A DNA stretch of 63,808 nt, counting the filler, from Octopus bimaculoides (Eukaryota): the NCBI RefSeq assembly GCF_001194135.2. It is 4 parts of 3 records of this genome, joined end to end, with 100 filler letters (N's around TTAATTAATTAA, not from the genome) between each part and the next. Parts side by side here need not be neighbours in the genome. Positions count along the whole stretch, not along the records: positions 1 to 14,675 come from NC_068992.1; positions 14,776 to 41,581 come from NC_068985.1; 2 more parts are not named here. The stretch is one strand, 5' to 3'. Both the position numbers and the translations under genes were made by a program. Below, piece after piece: positions 1-15,569 of this stretch. Positions within the stretch are counted from its first letter, which is position 1. Every line of letters starts with the position of its first letter. The notes beneath the pieces are model-generated. The model saw only the letters and a list, made by a program, of their open reading frames with translations. It was not told the DNA's origin and made no database searches.

Positions 1-3000
1 TATATGTATATATGCATAGATATATCTGTGTGTTTTCATGTATTTATGCATTACATATGTATGTGTATACGTATGTATGTACCTATGTATATATACATAT
101 ATATGTATGTATGTATGTATGTATTTATGTTTGTACGTGTGAAAATAAAAGATTCATGGAAAATTGCACGGATTGTGTAAACATATAAAACGTCTTTCTC
201 TCGGCACAATTATTATTCGCAATGGAATATATGGCTTTCATTCGTTCATCATTCTTGGCACATCATAGTTTATAATGCACCAATAATGCGCCAATTAGAT
301 CTACAGCCTAGCAGATTACTGCACTAAGAGTCCATGAACTGAACATTTAGAGTATTCATATAATGTTAGTGGGCATAACTAGAAATAAAATAGTGCTATC
401 GATACGAACTGTTTTGTTTTTAGAATAATAAGCACAGAGTGCGTTATGGTAATATAATATTTCAGGTGTAAACATGGCTCGGCAGCAGTAACGAACTGAT
501 TGTCTGTGATACTTTCTAATGTTCTAACCGAGGTATTTTGAGATAGGTGGCAAGTGAATTTGATAAACGCTTTCAATGCTGACGTAGATTATGTTAGCAG
601 TTATGATTGAATCAGATTAGCATTACTTTAAATAGTTATACCTTGAAATTTAAGAGTCAATAACAATATGCTCCACAATGTCTTTATTCATCGTCACAAT
701 GAAAATTATAGATAAGAATGTGGTGGTATTTGTGAAGATGATAATAGCCGTAATGGGGCGGTTGTGCTTGTGTAAGTATTTTCAATTATGGTGACGATGC
801 TGATCATTCTGAAAATCATTACACTAATGACATTCAGATTCCAAATTTGAATATTCCTTGCAATGCATAGGTCTTATACACAATACTACATATCTTTCAA
901 TCAAATACTAGACATCTATGAAAGGAAAAGCAGTAAGCTTCTGTTCTCATTAGCAAGAAAGCAAATATACTCCACTAAGTGAAATAACCTGGTCGAAATG
1001 TTGGCCATTTTCTCATTCCTGAACAGCAAACTATATTTCTTGTCTTCCTTGGATTATATTCATTTCCAAGAATGAGTTATTTTAATTTATGTATAATTAT
1101 AGTTATATGATAAACAGCTACACAATGATATAATCATCAATAAATAAATTTGTAAATAACGCAAAATCCCTCACAAATGTCTGCTCCATATTATTATCCT
1201 AACAATAATGAAAGTGAATGACACGAACATTTTGAATGTTATTGTAAACGATTGTTCTGTATACTGGTTAAAATTAACAGTCAGCTTCAGCAATTTGTAC
1301 TAATGGACGAATTGAATAAATTAGAGATTCTAAAGTGTAATTCCAGCGTCTAATTCAAAAGTATTCCCTAAAGGGCTGTAATCAAATAACGCCTTGTTCA
1401 TCGAATGATCACCAAAAATGTTGCAGCTTAAAATCAACGTACAATTATGCGTATAGTTGTGATAACGAATTGATCGAGAATTGTAATATTATTATAAGGA
1501 TGTGTCTATCATCGTAATTTATTTCTTTACGGCTTTCTTTTTTTGCAATTTTACTACAGCCTTGCTGGAGCACTGCTTTCAATTAATTTTAGTGAAAAAT
1601 ATCGTTAAACAAAGTATTTCCCTAATCATGTATTTACTCTGAGTGGAAGTTATATTACACCGGTCTACACAAAAAATAATTCTTACATATGTAAATGCAT
1701 ACGCACAACAACACACAGAGAGGGAGGGGGAGAAACGCATGAACACAGAGCGACTAACCAGGGCTTTTTATACAGATATATCTTGACAACAGAACCAATA
1801 TTATTTTAGTCCTGTATGCGTAATCATTTATGACAAACAAATGAAATATCTGAAGTCATAAACAAAGTGATTCAACTGAGGTTCACAGAAACAAGCTTAG
1901 AGTGTTTCATATAAATTAACATCTATATTAGAAACCATTAACAAAATTCGGTCTTCAAAACATATTCATAACCTCACCATTTCGAGAAACAAAAAACTTA
2001 ATGATAACAGCATTTTACTAATCTAAGAAATAATACCATATTGTATTTCATCACCTCAGTAGATTACGATGGCATAATGTAATACTGTGATATTTATCAC
2101 AGAGAAAATATAATCACGCGTACATCTACGATTTTAGATAATATCTATGGCAATATATAGTTAAAAGCGATCAACGAAACATCACCTGACATATAAGAAC
2201 GTTTACGTATCTTTAATGGATGTTCACATTACATACCCAAATATAGTTTCAAAGAATTGTAGCTTCTGAGTGAATTGCTGAATACGTTATCTGTATACAT
2301 ATTTAGTACCATAGATATATATAAATTTTATACGCTTGTGTCAGGTATGTGTGTTGTGTGGCCGTCAAAAATTTGCTTCCCAACAATACGGATTCAGGTT
2401 CAGTCCCACTACGCGGCACCTTCGTCAAGTAACTTCTACTATAGCCGTAAGCCAACCAATTCCCGTTATTATTATTATTATTATTATTATGATTATTATT
2501 ATTATTATGATTATTGTTATTACTAGAAGCAGTTGTAATAGTAGTAGTAGTAGTATTGCTAATAGCAGCAACGGTATTCTGCTAATAAACCTTGATGCGT
2601 TCATGTGTATTTCTGGATATTTACATTATCGTGACTTTAACCTACATGAATTTACACAGGATTGCACCTAAGGACTTACGGACTTACTTCTACCTAAACG
2701 GAAAGTTGAACTGCGAACCTTTATGCATGTTTATTTTTTTCATCTCCGTATTCCCTTTCTTTTGTCCTCTGTCTCGTCATTTCATTAATCTATACCCTTT
2801 CCATTTTTCCCTGTTTCTCTCCGATGCAGGAATATCCCATACCCTGAGACATCCCAGAAACAACTGTAAGACGTTGAATTTTTCCAATAATAACAACATA
2901 TATGACTTGAAATGTTTGTTTTGCCTTAACGTTTGTTGTTCTCTTTAAATGTTTTATATATATATATATTATATATATATAAAGGTTATGAAGGGTAATG

Positions 3001-5671
3001 GAGTCAACCAGACCCTAATGGAACTATACTGTAAGTACTTTTCTTCTTTGTATTTTTCTTCTCCGCATCGCTCTCATTTCTTACTGCAAATCTCCTCATA
3101 CAGTTGTAATAATCCTTATCTTCTACTATTACCGTCTACGATGAAGGGATACATTGAATTTTGCCTGAAACAGCTGTAAGACATTCTACATGAAATACAA
3201 ATTTAATTATGCCATTGGTCTCTTTATCTCATTCTTATATATATATATATATATATATAAGCATACCTGCACATACAAGTATGGATGNNNNNNNNNNNNN
3301 NNNNNNNNNNNNNNNNNNNNNNNNNNNNNNNNNNNNNNNNNNNNNNNNNNNNNNNNNNNNNNNNNNNNNNNNNNNNNNNNNNNNNNNNNNNNNNNNNNNN
3401 NNNNNNNNNNNNNNNNNNNNNNNNNNNNNNNNNNNNNNNNNNNNNNNNNNNNNNNNNNNNNNNNNNNNNNNNNNNNNNNNNNNNNNNNNNNNNNNNNNNN
3501 NNNNNNNNNNNNNNNNNNNNNNNNNNNNNNNNNNNNNNNNNNNNNNNNNNNNNNNNNNNNNNNNNNNNNNNNNNNNNNNNNNNNNNNNNNNNNNNNNNNN
3601 NNNNNNNNNNNNNNNNNNNNNNNNNNNNNNNNNNNNNNNNNNNNNNNNNNNNNNNNNNNNNNNNNNNNNNNNNNNNNNNNNNNNNNNNNNNNNNNNNNNN
3701 NNNNNNNNNNNNNNNNNNNNNNNNNNNNNNNNNNNNNNNNNNNNNNNNNNNNNNNNNNNNNNNTATATATATATATATATATATATAAGCATACCTGCAC
3801 ATACAAGTATGGATGTGTGACATGTCGCTATAGATATCTAAATTTATTTGGACACACAAATTTGATTGATTCTATCATGGGACACATGATTATTAAGGAA
3901 GAAGTATATCGATGAAAAGATACATGATACTGCGTGATTAATTGCAGTAATATCAATTCAAATTAGTAATATTCGATAACGCAAAATCATATATAATTCA
4001 CCATTATACTATCATTTATATTCCTGTTGAAATTTAGTAATACCCTGCCAGTGTGGTAAGGATTTGAATAAATGATCTTGTATGAAAAGATTTATTTTAT
4101 GAAGAATTAGAAAACGTCAAAGTGTTAACCGTGTTTGTTGAAAAAATCTCGATGATAGAATATTTCTAATTTCTCAGAAGTATATGTATATTGAACTCAT
4201 AAGCGTCAAATATATCCTATGTTTTCCCTTTGATCCAATGCTTTCCTTTTGATTCAATGCTTTCCTTTTCATATGTAAATTTAGGTGCTTACAAAAATCA
4301 GCTAAAACTGTTCAAAATTTATCGTAATTGTAATTTAACTATTTCGCCCGTACCATATATTTTTATGTACGTAGCCATCATGTATTTCTCGAAATTTGTT
4401 ATCTTTATACGCAACAGCCTCATAGCATTTTTGGCTATTACATTTTACATTCCTGTCTCATACAATATTTCTTAATATTTTGTATAACACCTGATCTCGC
4501 CTCCAGAGAGAACCGTCTGGTCATTCGATTATTCTCCATAATGTCGAGTGTTTGTCTGCAAACGAATTATATTCCGTTCTTTTCTCTTTGGCATTTCCTC
4601 TTTCTTTTATTTTCTTTCTCTTATTCGTTTAGTCCTTTTCCCAGTCTATTCCATTGTCTTTAGTACTCACATTTCTTCATATTCTTCCTTTTACGCACAT
4701 CACGCGACTGATGTCTGCGTGTCAAAGATACATGTATGGATAATACCAATGTCGAATTAATTTGCGTTTTTAATTTCACATATTTTGTCTCTCCAAAGTA
4801 CACACGTCAACAAACATTCATACATAAATATCCATGCATACATCCACACATACGCACACATACATATATATATGTATATGCACACACACACACACACACA
4901 CACGCACATATATATATATATGTATATATGTATATTTGCATATATACGTATATATCTATATATGTCTGTATATATATATNNNNNNNNNNNNNNNNNNNNN
5001 NNNNNNNNNNNNNNNNNNNNNNNNNNNNNNNNNNNNNNNNNNNNNNNNNNNNNNNNNNNNNNNNNNNNNNNNNNNNNNNNNNNNNNNNNNNNNNNNNNNN
5101 NNNNNNNNNNNNNNNNNNNNNNNNNNNNNNNNNNNNNNNNNNNNNNNNNNNNNNNNNNNNNNNNNNNNNNNNNNNNNNNNNNNNNNNNNNNNNNNNNNNN
5201 NNNNNNNNNNNNNNNNNNNNNNNNNNNNNNNNNNNNNNNNNNNNNNNNNNNNNNNNNNNNNNNNNNNNNNNNNNNNNNNNNNNNNNNNNNNNNNNNNNNN
5301 NNNNNNNNNNNNNNNNNNNNNNNNNNNNNNNNNNNNNNNNNNNNNNNNNNNNNNNNNNNNNNNNNNNNNNNNNNNNNNNNNNNNNNNNNNNNNNNNNNNN
5401 NNNNNNNNNNNNNNNNNNNNNNNNNNNNNNNNNNNNNNNNNNNNNNNNNNNNNNNNNNNNNNGGCACAGAAACGTTAACATAGAGTGGTGAATAAATCGA
5501 TATATCAAATTTGAAGTCTCTATCTCTTTTGAATATGAAAATTTAAAAGTTTAAAAACCTTATAATATAAATATAAACTGTGAGAACGACCCTTAAGGAA
5601 TCTAGTTTGTGATCTCCTAAGGTAAGTTCTTATGCTATATTGGTAACGGTTGCTACATCCTCTGGAAAAAT

Positions 5672-5709
<38 letters not shown>

Positions 5710-5766
5710 ATAAATAGACCTTATGAGTTTTATACAACCTATAACGTACAAGAGAAAAAGATGACG

Positions 5767-6715
5767 ATAAATTACATTGGCATTATAGAAGAGGATGTAT
5801 TGTTGACCATAGAAGAGATAAAAGGAAACTATGCAACAGGCCTAGATGAACTCCCAGCAATTCTGGTAAAAAACATGCACGAAAGCTCTTGCAAAACCAC
5901 TGCAAATGCTTTTCCAGAATTACTTTGAATGCGTACATTTCATCAAATCTGAAAAGAAGGAATAATCTGACCTGTTCACAAACGAGGAAGCTGAGAAGAT
6001 GCTATAATATACAGACGTATCTCTCTTGGAAGGTGCTGCCTAACGCAGCCACTACAGCATTTTGACTGGGAACTAAAACAACAGTTCAACTATTCTAATG
6101 TGGATGTGATATATCTCGACTTTGTGACGGCGTTTGACAAAATCCATCATGGAATGGTATGTCGCATATTCCGTAACCCTGGTATCACTGGTAGACTAGG
6201 AGAATGGCTGCATGGTTTCATGAAGGTCAGAATTCAGGCGGTCTCAACAACGCTGCTCTTTCTGAAGTGACAACAATCTGCAGCAGCAGCATCCAAGGAA
6301 AGTGCTGGGACCGATACTGTTTGTGGTTGCTCTCTCCGACATGCCCTCAGTCATAGGGTCAGCCACATTCAGCACCTACACCGACAGTACAAACGTATCG
6401 CAGGCGGTCAGGTATGCTACTGTCATCCTAAGTCTGCAGAATGATCTGAACGTAATGTATAAGTGGGTAGATGAAAATAATATGCAGTTAAATGCCGCAA
6501 CATTTCAAGTAATCCGCTATCAGCCTACAAACAAACTAGAAATGAATTACACGGGAAAAGCAGGCTATGTAATCCTAGAGTTAGAGTCGATGCGCGACCT
6601 AGAAATCCACATGAGCAACGACTAATCTTTCTATGTGCACATTGCTCAGATGGTAACACTGCAAGCGAGTGGCAGGTTAGATCCTGAGATCCTTCAGGAC
6701 CAGGAAGAGAGATAC
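5767..6715 (+). mobile_element. Degraded non-LTR retrotransposon reverse transcriptase fragment (CR1/L2/Jockey-like)
   Basis: Frameshifted peptides ATGLDELPAILVK, VDVIYLDFVTAFDKIHHG, VLGPILFVVALSDMP, YTDS (decayed YADD), LQNDLNVMYKWVDENNMQLN and MRDLEIH follow the non-LTR RT motif order. Confidence 0.85.
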
Positions 6716-9700
6716 AATGTTTCAGCTAAGTTACGGGACGTAAACACACCAACATCGGCTGTCAAGCGATGGTGGGGTTACAAACACAGACACATAGACA
6801 AACGCATATATATACAACAGGATTCTTTCAGTTCTCCCCAAAAATATCCATACACAGTGCTTTGGTCGGCCCGAGGCTAAATAGGAAACATTAGTCGAAC
6901 ATACTACGCACTGGAATCACACGGTTGGGAAGCAAGCCCCGTATCACACAGCCACGCCTGCGTCTAGACACATGTTATCGGCAAATAATTCTAGGATAAC
7001 AGTAAAAAGTAGTGATATAAAATGCGAACATTATTCTTTTTCTATTTCATATTATTCTTACTATATTTTGTCGTTTGCATTTCTGGGTCAGTTTTGAACA
7101 ATTTCATTTGCCATGTCAGGTAAATTAAGAGGTGGGTTTTTTTTCTGTTTGACAAAAAAGGAACAATCGAAAATGTTACGTTCAAATTTCCTTAAAGATG
7201 TGCATTATTAACAAAGACAGGAGGAAATATATACGTGTTGTTTTAAAACAAAATGTTTGTAGAGCATTTTTTTGTTTTTTTTTTATTACTATTTGGCCCT
7301 AAGTCAACTGACAGTAAATGAGCACGAAAGGTCAAAAGCACTCCAGCAATGACTAGTGTGTTTGAATATTTACATGTGCGTTATGTGTGTGTGTGTGTGT
7401 GCGAGCGCGTGTGTAATTGTGCGTATGTATGCACGTGTGTTTATGTGTGCGTTTATACCTATTTACATATAAGCCAATGTTGTGTGTGAATCGATTTTTA
7501 TGAATAAATATATTAAGTAGTTTATCCATATATATGCTGCGGTTTCTATTACACGGCCATGCACCAAGAGTCTTTTCCACCTACGTGTCAAGTATTAATT
7601 ATTTATCAAACTTGCTTATTTTATGACAACAGGATTCGTTTTAACCTTCTTGTTTTATTTCCGTCCACATGAAATTACATGAAAAGAACGTATGCTGTTT
7701 ATTAAATGAATTGTTCCAACACGGAATTAAACGAATAAGTCTATCTAAATAGTTATATACATTATAACGTTAATACCACTAACGTACGAACCAAACTATA
7801 AGTGCTGTCTAATAATATAGCTGTTATATGGATATTTTAATTCTCGACGGATGTAAAACTAATCCATGTGGGTTTCGATCACGAAATATGAATACACATA
7901 TAATAAATATTGACATTTATATTCTTTTCTTACTGTCTTATACATTCTACCGGTGTTCAAAGTTGGAAAGCATTAACACGGAGTCCATTAAAACAATAAT
8001 GATCTCTAACACAGGTACACCTTAAAATACGTTCGGATAGCAAGAATATCTGATCAAACTTTGAATGCGACCGACACAATTTCAACCTCCTGTGAAATAA
8101 ACAAGGGAAAATTTGACCTCCACATGATTGAATATGCCTACCTTCCAGAGGTAATAATCTAAACTGCCACCAAGTACAGAGTTCGATTTTATCTACAACT
8201 AAGAATCACATTAAATCTGTAGCCATGTTTCCTATATTAGAAACGAAATAATAACACAAATAGAATAACGATGAATACTACAATCAAAGATGTAGAAGAC
8301 TAGAAGACATTTAAAACTACAAGAGTTCTTCAACCGTGCTGGTTATCACTGAAAACAGAGACGTTAATCATCGCTCATATCCAATGACCTTTCCTCTCTC
8401 AGTCAATATTAATAAATTATTAAAGAAACATTAATTTCTGCTTAGATATTTCACTTTCTGAAATGTGGTAAAATTTATTCTATAAAATTTATAACATTAA
8501 ACAAGTGTCGACAGTAAGATTTATGATTTATAAGGATATCATAAAACTTGCTTAGTTAAACTTATATCAATATTTTGTGAGGTTAGATAAAATATATTAT
8601 TTATATATTCGTTAATTATTTATTTGGGGTCCTATTCGCAGGAATGTTTACATCGACATCATCATACATACTATTTTCGAGATATTTCAAGGTCACAATT
8701 GATTTTCGTATTTCTAAAGTAGATAAACAAAATGTTTAACTTGGGAGGTAATTTTATCAATTATAAAGCTTCCCCAGATCCTGATTTTTTTTACTAAAGA
8801 AAAAAGAAACTCCTTATCATTACAAGACTACACAGAAGGCAACGTGTTTCGTATCGTTACATTTCTCCCACATATTTCTTAATATTTTCGCTTTAACGTC
8901 AAAAAATAAGTTTGACATTAATATCAGTCTTTTTCGTGTCATAAAAATGTGATTATTTAAGTGTATTTTATCATATAGCATCTAATGAATATTTTTTTAA
9001 TATCTATATGTTCCATTTCGAAATGTTTTCATCTTGTTTTAATATAATGATAACACACATTAACATCAGATTCTTAGATTTTACAAAAACTACATCTTTC
9101 TAACTAAGATGCAAAAGTTTGGTAGAATTTTATACGATGGCAGCCCAAAATTATTTCGGTGTGCCTTTCATTAATTTTTATAAAACAAAACGAAAATGAA
9201 TTATACATTCAAAATTGATAACGAAGATAAACTTCCTAAGATATCAATTGTTCAAACATAGTCAGCAGAATTTCAGAACACACAGTTTCAATGTCAGAAA
9301 CAAATTGTGGCCAGTGGGTCAAATCTCTCTCTCGTCATAGCAAACGGTCTTAGAATGACAGATCTAATTAGTGACGACGTAGCCGAGAGTCATTCTCAGT
9401 ATGTCCAAGTATGTTACCCCAGGATATGAACTTATATTTTATTTACATGTACATACATACATACATACATACACACACATATATATATATATATGCATAT
9501 ATGTNNNNNNNNNNNNNNNNNNNNNNNNNNNNNNNNNNNNNNNNNNNNNNNNNNNNNNNNNNNNNNNNNNNNNNNNNNNNNNNNNNNNNNNNNNNNNNNN
9601 NNNNNNNNNNNNNNNNNNNNNNNNNNNNNNNNNNNNNNNNNNNNNNNNNNNNNNNNNNNNNNNNNNNNNNNNNNNNNNNNNNNNNNNNNNNNNNNNNNNN

Positions 9701-10530
9701 NNNNNNNNNNNNNNNNNNNNNNNNNNNNNNNNNNNNNNNNNNNNNNNNNNNNNNNNNNNNNNNNNNNNNNNNNNNNNNNNNNNNNNNNNNNNNNNNNNNN
9801 NNNNNNNNNNNNNNNNNNNNNNNNNNNNNNNNNNNNNNNNNNNNNNNNNNNNNNNNNNNNNNNNNNNNNNNNNNNNNNNNNNNNNNNNNNNNNNNNNNNN
9901 NNNNNNNNNNNNNNNNNNNNNNNNNNNNNNNNNNNNNNNNNNNNNNNNNNNNNNNNNNNNNNNNNNNNNNNNNNNNNNATATATATATATATATATATAT
10001 AGATGCACGTGTATATCTATCTACCTGTTCATATATGTGTGTGTGTGTGTGTGTGTGTTCGTGTGTGTACTTCAGTGATTACACTGCGACCATGCCGGAC
10101 CACCGATAAGTGTCTACGAAAATGAATCAATCCAAGTTCTTAGTGTATTTAAAAGCCTTGTGCTTATACGATATTGCACTTTTTGTCAAACTACTAAGTT
10201 ACAGGGAACATAAATAACCCAACACAGGTTGTCAAGTGTAGGTGGGACAGAAACAAACACACCAAAGACACACGCGTACGTTTATAACTATTTATGTGCC
10301 ACTCGTGTTATACTTTCCATTTACCAAATACCTTCTTAAGGCTTTTGTTATTCAGGGGCTATAGGAGAGAAGAATATTCCAATGTAGTACCCAGTGGGGC
10401 TGTATCTAGAAGCATGTCGTTTGGAAGAAACTCGTTCCCAGACGTACACACACAAACACATACATATATATATATATATACATACATATATGCCAATACA
10501 CATGCATACATATGTATGTATGTATGTATG

Positions 10531-10602
<72 letters not shown>

Positions 10603-10809
10603 CAGAGAGAGTTCTGTAACAATATTGAATATCAACAAAAATGCCTTCCATCCAGTAAGAGATAAATGACATTTAATGAAGTTGTATTGAAATAAGGGCT
10701 ACTAAGAAACTAGCAATAATCTTTCCGTAGTTCTTATTTTAATACGGTAAATTTTATATATATATATGCACACATACATACATACACACATACACACATA
10801 CACACATAC

Positions 10810-10842
<33 letters not shown>

Positions 10843-13800
10843 AGAGTGTTATTGTTTTGTGCGAGTATGCTCTTTATGTTCTGTAGTTTTACACTGAAAA
10901 CATTCTTCAATATTAAAGTTAAAATCATATTTGTTATTAATGGACATGCCTTACTCAATATTAATGTGAACTTTGGCCCCTCAAAGCAATATTTGCGTAA
11001 ATTACATTTTACTAATAAATCGTAGTAATTCGGTGTGCGTTCGTCGTAGTTGGTTGGAGAGCGATAATTGCCAGAATCTAAACGATTTTAGATAAGAGGA
11101 AGAGATTATACATCGTTCATGGTTACTGAGTAAGTGCATGGAAACTGTGAAAGAAGGGCTGGAAGTATGTGACATATATTCAGTCATCCAGCTACTAAAT
11201 GCTTCATCAAGTTCGTTGTTATGGTGAAAGTAGTTCTTAAATGTATTATTGCATTTAAAGTCATATTTTAAGTTGCATTTATACATAAAACAAACATGTT
11301 AGTTGTTCCAAAAAAAAAAAAGAAGTGGCAGCTATGCTCATAAACCACCAGCAATTCACATGTTTCGGAATGCGTACTCTGATATAAATAATAGCAAATG
11401 ACGACAATAATTATTCATATTGTTCTGGATACCACCATCATCATCATTCTTCAGCATTACACTTCATAGAATAGCAATATTAGTAATAACTACTTTCAAA
11501 AACCAATAGAGCAGATTCTTATGGTTTAATCAAATAGAGTTTTGCAAATGTTGTAACTGATGAATATGTAAAGAATGAATTTAAATCTAAATTCTTGATC
11601 ATTAAGTATTATAATATTGGTGCTACTTTTGCTGCTGCTGCTGTTGATGACGATGATGATGATGACGACGACGACGATGATTACGACGACGACGATGACA
11701 ACGACGATATTAAGATAATTTCCCTTATTCTGTTCTTTAAGCTCCTCATTCTCATCCTGCTTATAACCATCATCGTCGTTCTCATATTCTTCCTTCCCTT
11801 CGTCGTCTTCCTTGTCTTCGTCCTCCTCCTCATTCTCCTCCACATTCTCCTCTTCTCCATGAGCACCATCAGTAACAACAGTAGTAAAAGCTATAATAGA
11901 ATCATAATCACCCTTATGCTAGATATGTCAAAAATTCTGCAATACAAGAATGTTAACTCTGAGGTTTTTGTTGAAGGGCGATAGAGGATAGTTTTCAAAA
12001 TATATAATACTTTCATTAAATGTCCTTTCTAGGATGTACATTCCGTCGAATAGGTCCTAATAATGCTCATAACAAAACTAACAAACGACTGCTGAATCAT
12101 CCAAATTTCCGCGTAATTCATAGATATAGCGGCAATTTGGATGACTAAAGCACCGAAAATAATCGACATTCTTAGAGAGGAACCTCACAAGCTGTTGTTA
12201 GTATAAACCGATCTGATAGAAAGGTCAGCACGCCGGACAAATGCTTATTTGTGTTTCGCTCGTCTTTAAGTTCTGAGTTCAAATTCCGAAAAGGTCTATT
12301 TTGCTTTTCATCCTTTTCAGGTCGATAAAAGAAGTGCCAGTTGAGCACTAGGATCGATGTAATAGCCTTTGTAATCGACTTACCATCTCCTCCAAACCTC
12401 CCGGCATTGTGCCACAGATTGAAACCAATATAAAGTACAAAATATATGGCCTTTTTTAAATCTGAAAGCATTCGTCTTCTTTACGTGGTTAGCTATATAA
12501 AGAAGCATTGAAATAGCATCACAAAACAGAGTCGATGAAATTACTAAGTCCATACATGTATAAAAGGATATAGCAGAAATAAAGTAACACACAGAAGTGA
12601 TAGATTCTAGAAACGGAAGAAAAAATTGTGAAATACGAAGTAATTTTTTTTTTCTTTATGATGGGAAGGATTGTATGGAGTCGTCAATTTCCCCAAAAGT
12701 CATTGAAATTATCTGAGGTGAAAAGGTACATGATACTATTGATTATCTGCAATTATATTTTTTTATGTATGAAATAATCCATGTCTTAAAATGAAAGAAA
12801 ATGTGTCATGCCAGCATACATGCATGGCTATCATAGACTATTGAAAGAAGTATTTTAGGGCTAAATTGTACAGGTTATATTTTCTATGTTCACTAGAAAG
12901 ACTGAAGGTGTAATCTATCAAAGTATATGTTCATCCTTTTCAGTGAGTAAAGTGTGATGCTGTCATGCATTCGCGCAGGAGACTCTTACTGAAATGATAA
13001 AAGAAAGAAAAGGTAAACTTATATGATACAAGAATGAAAAGATTTTCCATTTATTTTCACTTCAACATTATTTTCATTCAGAAGAAAAGTTTTGAAATAA
13101 CGTTTTTTTCTTTAACGAATTACTCTTCTCCCTCATTCATTCTTTTTTCACTAGACGTATTCATTCCTAAGATAAAACATATCTAGTACTTATATAACTA
13201 TATACGTTGATGTATGGAGAGTGATCGCTTTTATGATCTCCCTTGCATTTTTTGGCTGGAATTAGTACTTTAATATGATTTTTCTCTTAAATACTGATTT
13301 ATATTTTGGGGGTTATTGCACTGTAAGACGCTCACTTCCACACACATATTTAAGCATAAAAGTATGTGCGTTTGTTTAATAGCTCTAATGACATAAAGGT
13401 GGAATTACTATAACCATAAATTGAAAGCATTTTCAAACAAACTCATCTGATTGGGAATGTACATTCACTGGAAAGTACTTATTCACCAACAGAAGAAAAT
13501 AAGCGTTTACGTTGCATGGGAATATACTATCACAGAGATAATCAAGCTCGAAATTAATTATACTACCGACAGAATTATGTACTGATGAATAGAATAAATT
13601 ATTAGAAACCTTATTGTAATCGTAAAGGTTGGATAGAAATTAAGATAAGGGAAGAAATGGATAGAGCTTTCGTGCGAAAGTCAGATGTACAATTCTGAAT
13701 AGCCATTAATTACAGTTCGTAGCAATGACGATAATGGCATGTCAGGATGGTAGAATAGGCATTGATGTGACAGATTTAAGTACCTATTGAGATACTCGAA

Positions 13801-14544
13801 ATTATATTACTTGTTAAATTAGTAACAAAAATTACTTATTTCCTTCAGGTGTTGCGAACGAAATGGAACTTCAATTTCGGAACATGGCCATGGAAAAGAA
13901 GGCAGCAATTATATGCAATAACGCTTCCAATGTGATGCACCTGCTAAATGATTTTCTGGCTCCTTAGATATCTCTAATGAAGTGTTTAATAGTATTTTAC
14001 TAGCAAAAAGAACCTACTATATTCTTGATCGATAGATACGTGAAATGTCTGAAACGGTTGATCAAAACTATAACAGTGCATACGGACTTATGTAAATGTA
14101 TAGAGATACGATGACTCCTTCAGCAAATTCCACTACATTGATTACTTTTATGTGACTTCAGTCAAAGTTCAGTTGACGTACAGTTAGATTAGCCTCTCAT
14201 TTCAGCTTGTATTATCACATTTGTTCCACTGATAACAAAAGCTAATCTATTTATGAGACTAACATAAACGTGAGGAAATCAATAAATTTAAGCGCAATTA
14301 CCACAAGTTCAAAACAGTTAAAAGGGTCATGCTATTCGGCAAATATTTGTATTGTTCAATTCATGTTATGATATTCGGCCATGATTATACTTCTACTGTT
14401 ATATTATTTTACTTTTTCCTCTTTTTTTTTTTGATATTCTATCGGCCTTGGTTTGTTGCTTTTTTTGTCTAGTTTGAAAATACGTCAAAAGATAACACAA
14501 TGCCAATTAATTTTGTATCTATAATTTTCATGAAAAGAAATTAT

Positions 14545-14569
14545 ACTATTATTATTATTATAACTATTA

Positions 14570-14642
<73 letters not shown>

Positions 14643-14663
14643 CATTATTATTATTATTATTAT
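14545..14663. repeat. (ATT)n microsatellite, about 40 units
   Basis: Direct reading. Similar trinucleotide tracts at 2466-2522, 49131-49205, 56281-56348 (CTA) and 61388-61461. Confidence 0.95.
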
Positions 14664-14675
14664 TTTATGTTTGAC

Positions 14676-14775
14676 NNNNNNNNNNNNNNNNNNNNNNNNN
14701 NNNNNNNNNNNNNNNNNNNTTAATTAATTAANNNNNNNNNNNNNNNNNNNNNNNNNNNNNNNNNNNNNNNNNNNN
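14676..14775. other. Artificial 100-bp scaffolding linker N44-TTAATTAATTAA-N44
   Basis: Counted 44 N, then 12 bp (14720-14731), then 44 N. The 12-mer places a stop codon in all six frames. Confidence 0.95.
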
Positions 14776-15160
14776 CTAATTGATGTTTCAATACCAGCAG
14801 ATGACAACGTTTCTCTAAAAGAAATGGAAAAACTTTCAAAATACAAAGACCTGGAAATAGAGATAACTCGAATGTGGAATCTAAAAACAGAAACAATTCC
14901 TATCATAGTAGGTGCCTTAGGTATAATAAAAAAATATTCAGACAAATACATAACAAAAACACCAGGACTTACAAATATATATAACATACAGAAAATTGCA
15001 CTACTGGGTACTGCACACATTCTACGCAAAACACTTTCAATACAGTAAACATAAGAGCACCACAGCAAACCACAGCACATACCCAAGGCGCACAGAGCTG
15101 CGCTCGGTAGTGAAGTGAAAGCACGTTATAAAAATAAAACTACTGAATAATAATAATAAT
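14776..15160 (+). mobile_element. 3' end of an R4/Dong-like non-LTR retrotransposon (REL endonuclease C-terminus, 3' UTR, (AAT)n tail)
   Basis: IDVSIPADDNVSLKEMEKLSKYKDLEIEITRMWNLKTETIPIIVGALG...QKIALLGTAHILRKTL* (stop 15046-15048), then a UTR and gaataataataataat. The 5' side is lost in the gap. Confidence 0.85.
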
Positions 15161-15521
15161 TAGTATTATTATATTTGTACATCAATTAGATCAGATAAAT
15201 CCAATAATGGGAAAGTAATGTTTCAAATCAGTCCAAAAATGTTTCTACACTCATTCATTTTGGTGATGAAAATTTTCAAGTGGATGGTTAAAGCACTTTC
15301 ATTGCCCAACACCTAAAACTGAGCCAATGAAATTTCAATTGTGCTGCTTCTTTTAGAAAATATCAAGCTTTGTGCTTGTAAAAAAATAATAAAAAGCCAG
15401 GCTTTCTTTTTTCTTCTTAGGAACTGGAGCAGAATGACTTGAATTATCTCCAGTGTTAATACTGAGACGATTTTTATTGATGCTGAGGAAAAAAAGGAGA
15501 GTAATGTAATGGATTGTAGAG

Positions 15522-15569
<48 letters not shown>

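Noticed and set aside
2830-2865. Possible 36-bp microexon (polypyrimidine-CAG ... CT|GTAAGA)
   Set aside because: Two frames are open, neither is recognisable, and there is no gene context.
13849-13968. Strong acceptor (ttatttccttcag|GT) followed by a short open frame VANEMELQFRNMAMEKKAA...
   Set aside because: The peptide is unrecognised, there is no partner exon, and such signals arise by chance in AT-rich DNA. RNA-seq would be needed.
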